From: Coniocarpon cinnabarinum
Lineage: Eukaryota
Assembly: GCA_051942205.1 (NCBI GenBank)
Contig: JAVECO010000138.1
Coordinates: 1 to 63,421, forward strand
Length of the DNA stretch: 63,421 nucleotides
Direction of reading: 5' to 3'
The notes beneath the pieces are model-generated. The model made no database searches, was not told where the DNA came from, and saw only the letters and a list, made by a program, of their open reading frames with translations. Both the position numbers and the translations under genes were made by a program. Below, in pieces: positions 36,762 to 48,333 of this stretch. Each line of letters begins with the position of its first letter. Position 1 is the first letter of the stretch.

Positions 36762-37700
36762 ATGTCTGCAACAATTGAGCCGCAGCGGCCGAGTCCTCTG
36801 CGGTCCACGATCGCCGGATCCTTTGCAGGTGCAGTTGAGATTGCAATAACATACCCAGCAGAGTTTGCCAAAACCCGATCACAACTCAACCGCAGACTTC
36901 CAGACGGTCAAAAATTACCGTGGCCTCGTTTTGGTGCACAATGGTACGCTGGATGCACGACTTTAATTATTGGAAACGCGATCAAGGCAGGTGTCCGCTT
37001 TGCGGCTTACGACGCTTACACAAACGCGTTGAAAGATGCTGAGGGTAGGATATCCGGGCCTTCAACCGTGTTAGCGGGCATAGGTACAGGCATTACGGAG
37101 TCTCTAGTTGCTGTTACACCTTTCGAAAGCATTAAGACGCAGCTGATTGACGACAAGAAGTCTGCCAACCCCCGCATGCGAGGCTTTCTGCACGGTTCTG
37201 CAATCATCGCCCGCCAGAAGGGAATAAGAGGCTTTTTCCAAGGGTTTGTGCCCACCACGCTACGACAAGGAGCGAACTCGGCTGTTCGGTTCAGCAGCTA
37301 CTCAACGTTGAAACAAGTTGCTCAAGGCTACACCGCGCCCGGCGAAAAGCTGGGCACAGTCACGACGTTTGGTATTGGTGCTATGGCTGGGGTCATCACC
37401 GTATATGCGACAATGCCTTTAGATACGTTGAAAACGCGCATGCAGTCGATTGAGGCTCGTCAGGTTTACAAGAGCACATGGAACTGTGCGGTGAGGATAT
37501 TCAAGGAGGAGAGCGTCCTGGCGTTCTGGTCAGGTGCTCTTCCCCGGCTGATTCGACTGTCGATGAGCGGAGGCATTGTCTTTGCCATGTAGGTCGTCAT
37601 CGGAGCTTTTCACGCTTCTCTTAGGCTAACAGATTCGCTCAGGTATGAGAGGTCCATGGATCTCATGGACTATTTCGATCCAAAGCGAGAACATCTCTAG
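36762..37700 (+). CDS. CTP1: Mitochondrial citrate/tricarboxylate carrier, 1 intron
   Basis: Three PX[DE]XXK carrier motifs (PAEFAKTR, PFESIKTQ, PLDTLKTR), GNAIKAGVRF, RQGANSAVRF; last exon YERSMD...HL*. Confidence 0.92.
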
Positions 37701-38045
37701 GGACGCAGAGCCTCTCACGGTCATTTTGCCACCATTTTGATATTCACACGGGCAAAGCGCTATAAAGCAATTGGGAGTGTCTTGTGACGTCACACGTCGA
37801 GCCCCAAACTGCTACCAGCAAAACCTGTGACTTAATCGTCAAGCCAGCCACACTCATTCAACATCGTCCAGTGCCATCAAGCCGATTAGCCAGTGGAAGA
37901 CGTCTGAAGGGCACCGATGATCTGACTCACCCGACCGCTTTGGTTGGTCGCTCTCACACTCATTCTCCTGACCATTGTGGCTCCGAACATTCGGGCAGCT
38001 CTTCGACTTCTCTTCACAAAACCAGCGCAACATAGGGCGACCAGC

Positions 38046-38846
38046 ATGGCCTGGATGTCGTCAGGGTCATCTAACCAGGGTCTTGTCGATAATCTATACC
38101 GCAATGGTCTCATCACACAAGCACGTGTAAAGGATGCCATGTTGAGCGTGAGTATAGGTGTCTTCCTCAGATTTCACCGTCGCATCATAACTTATCGACG
38201 CAAAAGGTCGACCGAGGCCATTATTCCCCTGCCTTTGCATATGAGGACTCTCCTCAGGGCATCGGATACTCCGCAACAATTTCTGCGCCTCACATGCATG
38301 CCTCCGCGTGCGAGTCTCTTTTGTCATTTCTCCAACCTGGCGCAAAAGTTCTTGACGTTGGCTCTGGGTCCGGCTACCTGACGCACGTGCTGGCCCAATT
38401 GGTCAAGCCCAACGGGCGTGTGGTTGGAGTCGATCACATCCAGCCACTAGTGGACTTAGCCAGCAAAAACATGGCCAAGAGCGAAGAAGGTCGATCTCTC
38501 TTGGACAGTGGCAGTGCCCAATTCATTAAGGCCGACGGTCGCAAAGGTTTTGCGCCTGAGGCTCCTTATGATGCCATACATGTCGGTGCGGCCGCTGCAG
38601 AGCATCACGAAGTACTCGTCGAGCAGCTCAAAGCGCCAGGCAGGTATGCCTCTCGCGCACACAGAGTGGCATGTGCCTTGTCACGAATGATCTTTCAAGC
38701 TGATTCGATCCAGACTATTCGTTCCCGTGGAAGAAAGAGGTCTGCAGCACATCTACGTGACCGACAAATTGGCTGATGGTAGCGTCCAAAGGCAAAAGCT
38801 GTACGGAGTCCGGTATGTGCCCTTGACTGATGCACCGCCTGGTTGA
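38046..38846 (+). CDS. PCM1: Protein-L-isoaspartate O-methyltransferase, 2 introns
   Basis: MAWMSSGSSN, YEDSPQGIGYSATISAPHMHA, VLDVGSGSGY, APYDAIHVGAAA, GVRYVPLTD. Confidence 0.93.
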
Positions 38847-39380
38847 GATCCAGACGCTTGAGATTGACAATGGTGCACCGCTTCTCGGCGCCGACGGTTC
38901 GCGAAACGCACGAAAAAAAAGCACCTATAATGATGTACAGTAGAAGAACCGCCATGAATCAACGTCAGCAACTGCTGTCATGCTTAAAATTTGTCCCAAA
39001 GTGCTGCTCACTCACCGTTAAGGATTTCTGCATTTTTGCATGTTTAGCATGCGTTGGTAAAACACCGACTATCTGCGTGGAGGCTGAAACCTCCCGGCCC
39101 GTATCCCCGTCTGTTGATTTGCGTCAACATTCTAAGCATAGGTATTCCGGTGTGGCTCACAATTTCCCAACAAAGACAACCCTGCCAGATGAGTTTCAGG
39201 TGAGCGTACGGATTTTAAAGACGAGGATAATGTTCAGGTGCTTTCGAGGCTTTCTATCCCAGCTATGAACATCAGCGAAAGTCCTGAATCGATTTGCTAT
39301 CAAAGGAACAGCAAATTCCGATTAGCAGCGCTATGCAATGTAAGGCGAAGGTAAAGAGCTCTTGTAAACGCGGGTCCGGC

Positions 39381-41116
39381 TCAAGTTGGTACGTGCCACT
39401 GCACCACACAGCCACCATGCGGTCTGCCCGTCAACGTGATATTCTGCCTCGGCGACTCTGCCGTCGTCTCCTCCCCATCCACCCCATTGAGACCATCGTA
39501 CCGTTGTAGCAGCCTAACAGTGGCATACCCCGCGCTTGTCATGGCGAAATTCTGCCCGAGACAGACACGTGGTCCACCGTTGAAAGGCAAGAACTCGAAA
39601 CCATGCTTGCGTTTAATGAAGCGTTCAGGCTTGAACTCGTCCGCGTCCTCGCCCCACAGCGACTTTTCGCGATGAGTGACGAAGACGCTGTAGGAGATGT
39701 CGGTCCCCTTGGGTATGAAGACGGGAGATTCGCCGTTTGATCCACCACCGCGCGGAAGGGTCGTGTCAGTGACGGCATGGCGGGTGTTGAAGGGTACAAT
39801 GGGATATAGACGCAGTGTTTCGTTGAGGCAGGCTTGCAGATAGGTGTTGCCCTTTAGCTTGGCGAATGTGATATTCTCCGCAGACGAGCCAAAGTCGTCG
39901 AGAATGTTCCGGCGAAGTTCACTGAAGACTTTCGGGTGGCGCGAGAGCAAAAGAATGAGCCCTAGGTGGACGTGTCAGCACAAATATTTCTCAGAATGCT
40001 TTGTAGGGAGACAGCAAACTCACAGGAGAGCAGGCCGGCGGTCGTGTCGCGCCCGGCGAGAAGGACATGCAAGAGTTGATTGCGGAGCTCGATCGGATCA
40101 CGGGTTCGTTCAACAAGCTCGTCCAGAAAAACATACTGGTGCTTCGATTCCGGATCTGACACCTTCTTCGAGTCCTGCTGCAAGGCACGGTGGACATAGC
40201 GATCTGCGAACTGATGGCATCGCGCGCAGTCTTCATCATATTGCTTCGATCGCATGAGCCACCACCATTTGCCTAGAGGTCCCAGCTTCGAGATGAACGA
40301 TTGCGCGCTGTCGAATGCCACGCCAAAGCTGGTGTCCCGCTTCCACTGCGAACTATCAATGTCGGTTGTTGCGCTATCAGGCAGCTCCGCGAGCTGAGAC
40401 TCTACAGACTCGCCGAAGAGAAACTCCGTCGAAGTGTCCAATGTCAGTCTAAAGAAGAGTTTGGCCTAGAGTTGGCACGTCAGCACAACATCTTCTCAAC
40501 TTTTCCTGTTAAATAGCAAACCCACCATATCCACGGGGCTGGTCCACCCCTTGGCATCGAGCGCTGTGGGAATGGCGCGAGCAAGGATTTCGTTGTGCCT
40601 GTTTTCAAGCTCAAGATTTGACACCTGCTCCCGTGCGAAGTTTGGCCGAAGCAATGCCCGAGAATGTTCCCAAGCTCTGCCGTCCGAAGTAAAGATACCC
40701 GTACCCAACAACTGATCAAAGGAGCCCTTACGACTGGGGGGAAGGCTGAAGTCTTTGAACTGCGTAGCAAGTATTGCCTGGATATTCTTCGGATCACAAG
40801 TGAAGAACACTTTCCGACCAAGGAGATGGTTGTGATATGTCATTGCATCGTAGCCGGCAACGCGTCTCACGGACTCGGTCCTCTCAAGGACAAAGTCTGG
40901 GAATCGTGATGCTTTGAAAGCAGCAACACTACGCCGAACGCGCAAGACGCCCCCAAAATCCCACCACGCGCTCTTAGCAACTTGCGGTGTTGCCTGACAG
41001 CCAAGTTGTCGAGCTTTGCGCTTGTGACTGATGCTTGAAACAATGGCAGAGGCAACGCGAACCGTGATGAGGGCAAAAGCAGCCACAAATACTATATGAT
41101 CCCATCGCTGAGCCAT
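39381..41116 (-). CDS. Cytochrome P450, CYP52 clan (alkane/fatty-acid hydroxylase-like), 2 introns
   Basis: DPKNIQAILATQFKDF, LLGTGIFTSDG..WEHSRALLRP, AGRDTTA, ETLR, FKPERF, heme motif FNGGPRVCLG. Confidence 0.93.
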
Positions 41117-41548
41117 AATAATATTCTCGTGATTGACCTCGAGATATTCTCGTTTTCTGAACGCGAAAATGCTCGTAGCGGTGAGCGTTTTAGGAGATGC
41201 AAAGACTCTTCACACTGTAAGAGAAAGCTGAAAGACGTATAGTAAAGATTGCGAATCGGTTGTGTCACGGGTATGTTGTCAGGGCTGGTGATGCTTGTCA
41301 CCTACGGTGTACCGTCGGTCTGTTTTCTATGAGTAAGGTGAAGACGTGCGTTTCTCCATGAAAATTTCACGCGAGATTCCGCAAGCACTGATGAGATCAA
41401 CAGCAAAACGTGGGCTGGCACACAGAAGCCGAGCGATCTGACACCCAACAGAGCGAGTAATGGAACGGTTTCCACGCCACACCAAGAGAGAGAGTGGCCT
41501 AGTGTCACAGCAGCAGAGACATGTTGGTCTTCGGGACGGGGTGCCTAG

Positions 41549-41554
41549 CCGAGG
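41549..41554. promoter_or_regulatory. Candidate FarA/FarB element (CCGAGG) upstream of the CYP52-like gene
   Basis: CCGAGG lies about 430 bp upstream of ATG 41116; consistent with fatty-acid/alkane induction, but only a 6-mer. Confidence 0.35.
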
Positions 41555-42529
41555 ATAGCAGCATGACTGTCATGGCGAGAGAATACTACCTTGATTCAAT
41601 AGCGCTGAGGGACCAGTAGCTGGCTGAGAGCGAATGCAGGGTGTGCCTTTGCGACTGTTCCAACGAAGGAAGCTGGAAATGAAGGGAGACAGGCACCAAA
41701 TTCGAGGCATTGCGCTGGAGGGTGGAGAGGACACAGGAGGAGGGGCAAAGGAGCCTAATCAGGATGAGAAGCGAGTTCTGCCATGGGCGACGTCAGGCGC
41801 GGCCGTGGCTCTGGGCTCAACACGATGTTTGAGTCAATCCACAGACTCCCGCGTGAAGTCGCGGTTGGTGCTGACACGGGTAGACACTAATTAAGATGCC
41901 ACTAGTATGGCAACTCAGCATTGGAAGGAGGTCTGGCAAGAGAAGAAGTCAGATTTTGCCAACCTGTGTGCCCGGGGTACAACCACGCCAGCAGATAGAT
42001 ATTCCGTCTCCGCGGCGGAATCCCCCGTGTTCGGCGTTGACCGCTTTCGGAGCGTCCGAGCCGGCCTCTTTATCCGAACAAGGCCAACGGCTCCAGCTCG
42101 GCACGCGGCAATCCTCCTCTCGCGGGTAACAGACGCACGTGATTGACAGCACGGAGTACAAGTCCACTGGATTGCTCAATGCTCATTCCTCGTCAAACAC
42201 TCGATGCTACATTGCTCCCGTGGCGGTGGCCGTGCCCCGACCCACCATCGTCATACATTATCAGACGCCTGACGGAACGTTGTCTCGCTGAATCTCTCCC
42301 TACTTCCTTCTGACTTCCTCGCTGCGGCCCAGTCATTGCAACATGTCCTTGAACGGCGCATCGCAGGCGCTGTCTCTGCCTGTCCGGAGCCTTGAGAATG
42401 ATCCCGCAGCGCTTCTCCCGACGATGCTATCCCTGGCTTTGGCAAGATGTCTTTTCCCTTCACCCCCTCCCCTCGGCATGCTGCCGCTATGGACGTTTTT
42501 CAGCAATGGGAACAGGCTTCTAGCCATCA

Positions 42530-45500
42530 TCACCCTCGACCGAGATAGTCTTTGTTCTCCACCGTCACGCTCTTCGTCTACATTGTCCCTCGTTAGCACA
42601 CTCGTGTCCCACCTCGCCCTGACAACCGGCATCAAGCGATGTTCACTCACCATATGATTAACTTTGTATACACCCACCAGTCGCGACGCCAGCTCAAACA
42701 TATTATTACGAAGTGAAATGACGATGAATTGCGCGTTCTTCGTTCGCTCTTTGATGTAGCTGGCAACAATCGAGACCTGTTTGTTCGCGTCAGAAAAAAA
42801 CTCCTGTTCATCTCGTCGTACCTTGACGGCCCTGGTCCTTTACTCACATTGCGAAAGTCCAGTGCTGCGTCGATCTCGTCCATGACATAGAGCGGAGTTG
42901 GTTTGTAGTGATGCAGAGCGAACACAAGCGCCAGGCTGCTCAGCGTCTTTTCTCCGCCCGATAGATTCGAGATGTTCTTCCAAGATTTCTTGGGCGGCAT
43001 CACACTAAACAGAATCCCTTCTGAGAAGGGATCCAACGAGTCGACCAGCTCCAGCTCTGCATTTCCGCCCATTGTGATCATCTGGTACATTTCCTTGAGT
43101 CGTAGAGAGATAATGCTGAACCCCTCCATGAAGCCCTCGAGTCGAAGGCGGCGGAGTTCTTCGCAACGTTTTTTGGCTGCATCCCGTTGGTTCACGGCCT
43201 CGGCCAGGTCACTGCTTCTAGCCGCATGCTCCTCACTTCGCCGCCGATACTCGGCCAGTACCCCTACTTCGATCTGCGCGTTTTGCGACCTCTCTTCCAG
43301 AATCGCAATTTCGCCTTTCAACACCGTTTTGTCAAGGTCGGCTAACTCGTCTCGGGTTTGCGTGCTAGGCTTTTGCTCCTCTATCGACGCGTCCGACTCG
43401 CTTTCCGCTCATTAGCCAGCTGTCGAACCAGGCCACTTGGGGATACTTACTTGATGACCTGGATCAGCAGCTTCTCCAGCTTCTCTTCCCAGTACCTCAG
43501 GCGCTTCTTGTTTTCCTGCAATACCTTTTGGTTTTCTTCGAGCTGATTCCGCATCTCAATCTCTTCGCCTCTACTTTGGCGATGCCCGACGGTTCGTTCG
43601 TCAAGCTCATTTTTGAGCGCCTCCATCACTTCCCGCTTTGACTCTAACGCTTCCTGTGCCTCATCCGCTTCCTTTCTGGACGCGCCAAGATCATTTGTCT
43701 GGCGCTGCTCTTCATCACTAAGCTGCTCAACTTCTTTTTCAACGGTGGCGATGTCTGCCTCTGCATCGTTACTGGATTTTTCATGTTTAGCTTTTAGCTT
43801 GGTTTCTCTAGCAAGATCGACCTCCGCTCCAGCAATTTGCTCTTGAAGATTTTTGATCTGATCCTTCAAGCTGTCAACTTGGGCCTTCTGGCCGCGAAGC
43901 TTCACCCCGCCGACGTCCATGATTTTCTCTTGTAGGTCCCTTATCTCCCCTTCAATGCCAGTCGTGTTCTCTACTAGACTTGCAATCTCGTTTTGCAAAG
44001 TTTGCATGTCTTTCTGTAGGATCGTCGTCCGACCGTCAGATTTTGTGGGTTGCGAAGAAGACAATAACTCCGCCAGTCGCTTCTCAGCATCTCCGATGTT
44101 GCGATTAATGCTCTCCGTTTCGAGTGCCATTTTCTGGATCTGAGTTTCGAGCTTCGGAATAGCATCCTGCTTGTCCTTCAGCGTTTGCTCAAGATCTTGC
44201 TTCTGCTGCTGAAAGCCCGCAAAATTCTGCTCGTGCATCTCTTGGTCTCCTTCAAGCTTCGCCACCTGCTCTTTTGACGTATCCACCACAAGTTTGGAAG
44301 ACATGGCACCTTTAGCAACGCGGGCGCCTCCACCGCTCATTGTGCCTGACTTATCGATCAATTGACCATCAACGGTCACGACCCTCCACCTCTTCGCGCC
44401 ATACGCCACGCGGTTTGCTTGGGCGAGATCTTCTGCGACTAGTGTGTCCTGCAATACGCTGTAGAAGGCGGGAAGAAATTTCTCTTCTTTTGACCGCAGC
44501 AGATCAATTAGGCGTGGTACATTCTCAGGCGTTTGAATTGGTGAGATCTCCCGGTTGCTTTGCCGATCAAGCAGGATGAAGTTCGCGCGTCCGAGGTTGT
44601 TTTTCCTGAGAAAATCGATGCACTGCTGTCCTACTTCGACAGAGTCTACGACGAGATTCTCCAGCTGTGGACACGCGGTAGAGATGGCGACATCGTACTT
44701 CTGATCAATAGTACCCAGATTGCCCAAGCGACCATGGAAGCCGGTCACTCGTCCGGAATCCTTAAGTCGCATCAACCCATCCAGGACGTTACCTCGAGAT
44801 TGCGAGCTTTTCAGGCTAGCTTTGGCCTCGTCAGCTCTCTGTCGAGCCGTGGAGACAGAGCTTCGCAAATCAGGCTCTTGCGCAGTCAACTTCTCGAGCT
44901 GCGTTGCTAACCCATGGACCTCCTTCTCCATTGCTGCACTTTGTGCTGTGGCATCCGCAAGTGATGCTGCTTTAGCATTCTTGCTCTCGCGCAAATGAGT
45001 TAGTCGATTCTGAAGCTCACAAATGGCTTGGCTTCCGGCGTTGTCGCGTTCCAGTAATATGTCTAGTTCACTGCGTGCAACATCCATGGCCGCTTGCTTT
45101 TGTTGGATCTGCTCATGCCATGGAGAGAGCTGTTTCTGCTTTGCTTCAATCTGGTTCGAGAAGACTTCCGTCTTGCCCCGCAGGCTTTCCCGGACAGAAG
45201 TCAAATTCACTTCTTCCACCGACATTTCCTGCTCCAAACCTGCTAAGGATGCGTTGTTGCGCTGTAAATCATCCTCAAGTCGCTGCAGGTTCGACGACGC
45301 CTCTCTGACAGCCGATTCACTGGCATTCTTCGTCTTCTGCAGCTTCTTCAATCTGCTAGCGACATGATTGTGTTTCTCCTCAAACTTAACATTCTCCTTG
45401 TCAGCCTTTGCAAGCTGCTTGAAAATGGCTTGAGTGTTCTGCTGCAAGCGTTCACATTGTTTGACTTCGTCCGCGTGCTGTTTGCCTAGTCGAGTGATCT

Positions 45501-46998
45501 CGTCTTCAGCGTCTTGGTGCTTCTCCAGCTCAGCATTCAATCTTTGCTGGATCTGCTCCACGGCCTCTCCTGTTACCTGGACGTTATCTTCGCACTCGTG
45601 CACAAATATCTGCCAGAGTGCTGACTGTTTATTCGCGAGTTCGTTCTCGTCTTGGATGTGTGCGACAGCAGCATTTTTCTTGCTTTCAAGGGCGTTTCGC
45701 TCCTTTTCAACGTGCTGCACGCGGCCTTGCTTCTCGCGACACAATTCATTGAAAGTCTCTGTCTCAGCTGAGGATTCTTCAATGGGCGTTTTGAACTTCG
45801 ACGTGCCGATGATATCTTCGAGGTATTCAAGAAGGCCGTCATCGTGCTCGCTGGCCGCCTTGGGTTTCATCTGAGCAATAGATTCCACTTCCCCTTGCAG
45901 GATGAGAAATCGCTTGTGGTCCAGGTCAATACCATAATCACGAAGCATTGTTGTAACTTCGGTAAAGTTTGACTCCCTGCCGTCTACGTAATACCTGCTC
46001 GAATTGTTCTTGAACGCCTTCCGAGACACGACGAGATTGGAATCGGGTATCACTTCTTTGGCGCCGCCTGGATGATCCACAACACGCTGGAAGTGGACTT
46101 GAACTTCACAGGAGTCAAGGTCGGGGTGGCGGGCAGAATTGTGGATGAGAGACGATATCTTGCCTTGGCGCATTTTGCTTGCACGGAAGCCAAAGACGAA
46201 CAGTAATGAATCGATGACATTTGATTTGCCGGAGCCATTGGGACCAACGACTGACGAGAATGAGGCATGAAAAGGTCCAACTTCCTGCCGACCTGCGTAG
46301 CTCTTAAAGTTGTTCAAGATGAGGTATGTAATGACCAGCCGCGTCTTCGACTCCGGTAAGTCCTGGGGACCTGGGATACCCTTGGCTCTTGTTCGCACAA
46401 CAATATCCATAGGTTTTTCGTATGGGTATGACGGCATTTCTGGCTTCGTCACTGCGGGTGTCGCCGTGTGATCAGCAACTGACTTTGCATTGGAAGATTT
46501 GTCGGTGATATCCGCCAGTGGTACACCGAATTTGTCATTCTTGGCTTGAGGACCACCTGCGGAAGGTTCGGCGGAACCAGCAGAGAGTGTTATCTCGTTA
46601 CGAGGCTCAGGTTGATCGACCATGGATGTGGCGGTGAGCGCGCTTTTGCGAGTTGTTCGTACACTCTTTCTTGGCATTCGATTGGTACTCTTTTGAGCCG
46701 TGTTGGAACTGTGGGACGTGGGTATTTCGTTTAGCGCATCAGCACTATCTGACGCCATGAAGCTCTTCTTAGTCCGCAGTGGCAACGGTTTCGCAGATGA
46801 TCCAGACCCTCTGCTGCGCCGTGTAGATTTCTGGAGATGTTTGGTCGTCAATGTCGATTCATCCGAATTCTGTGCGTCTTGGTCTTTGGCATCACAAGGT
46901 GGACGGTTCTCAGTGTCATCCTCATCCGATGACTCAACCACTCGCTGCTTTCTTGAGAAGAGACGACGCTCCTTCCGAGCTGGCGACACTGACGACAT
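42530..46998 (-). CDS. SMC4: Condensin ATPase subunit Smc4/Cut3, 3 introns
   Basis: NFKSYAG, Walker A GPNGSGKSN, hinge GFHGRLGNLG and GTMSGGG, signature LSGGEKT, Walker B MDEIDAALD; last exon TKSVTVENKDYLGRG*. Confidence 0.96.
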
Positions 46999-47436
46999 GT
47001 CTTTGGTAGGTCGAGTAAAAGGTTGCGCTTCGAGACTCAAGCTTCAAGGAGCGTCGAAGGAGCCGTTAGAGACCACTGTTTGAAGAGTAAATAAACATGC
47101 GGAGTTAATTCCGCAGGTACTTTACGCGCTCTCCTTTCCATTCTAGCGTGTCCTCCAGTCCGCTGTTGAACATCCCAATGTTCGCCCCGGACCATTAGAA
47201 TCACTGTGCCCGGGTCCCTGCACATTGTCGAGCAGTGGTCAATACGTATGTTCTTCTGGGATTCACGCTTGGATCTTATGACAGCGTCGCTTCGAAAGTT
47301 GCTCCGACCCTGAAGCTCACTTCTAGGAGCAGTGTTTGTCTGCGATGGTCGCGAACACCTCGAGCCCACACCGGCAGCCTCGCTAGCACGCTGAGAGCGC
47401 GATGAACCAGAAACTGAACCAGAAACTGTCCCGGTC

Positions 47437-47807
47437 TCACTTGCGCGACATGTTCTCTGCGTCGTGCTCACGATTCTGTTGCATGGCTTCCTGGAGCATC
47501 TTGTCGATGCCTCGCTCTCTTAATGCTTTCTGATGCTTGTCAGATCCTTCGTCCACAATGTTCAAGTTTGGCAGATGGGTCGTCCCTTCTTACGTCTAAA
47601 CAGCGCTGGTATGTTTTCAGCAAGGGTTCGCATTCATCATGTGTCGACGTGCCCCGAATGAACTCTGCGACGCTTTGGTCAGTATCTGGCATGCATGCGC
47701 AGGCGAGCAAGAGTTTGTTGAGACTCACTCTCGCTATACCATTTGAGAAAGCATGCATCGTAACGTTCTTTCGCCTCGTTGCACTCAGAAGCCAGTGATG
47801 CGGACAT
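47437..47807 (-). CDS. MDM35: Mitochondrial intermembrane-space twin CX9C protein Mdm35/TRIAP1, 2 introns
   Basis: MSASLASECNEAKERYDACFLKWYSE/KFIRG..DECEPLLKTYQRCLD/KALRERGIDKML. Confidence 0.92.
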
Positions 47808-48333
47808 GGCCCGTTGCGATCGTGACTCTACTTCCGGCGGCCGGTGAAGTGCAGCCCTTCTGTTTTGGATCGCCAAGTGGATTAAAGTGAATCCTGCGCA
47901 GCACGCTAAGTATCTACAATTTCTCGCCCTGCCTTCTGTGTACTTGCAGGATACCATGCGTACGTATCTCGAAGTGATGTGCACATGGAAGCACGGACCA
48001 CCCTCTGCAAGTTTCCGATGCCAAGAGCAATTGTTACCTCAACGTCATTTTCAGAAACAACGCCTACAGTGCCTACAATCTCACTTCAACACGCACGACC
48101 GCACCGACGTGCACCATCCCACGGCCCACTAAACGTGTCACAGCTGTGAGTATCTCTCCCGCTTGCCTTGATACTTCCATATGCAGACCAAGCCCTTGTT
48201 TGCATTGTCTTATTGTTTCCAAAGGCTTGACACCAGCTCCAAAACTACGAACGACCACTGTCCTAACGTTTCTTTTCTCTATCTAGGATCAGAACATCAT
48301 GTCGTGACGGCATAAACACAGCTACACACTCTC

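Noticed and set aside
36762..41116. CTP1-PCM1-P450 as a secondary-metabolite cluster
   Set aside because: No backbone enzyme (PKS/NRPS/terpene synthase); the neighbours are housekeeping genes.
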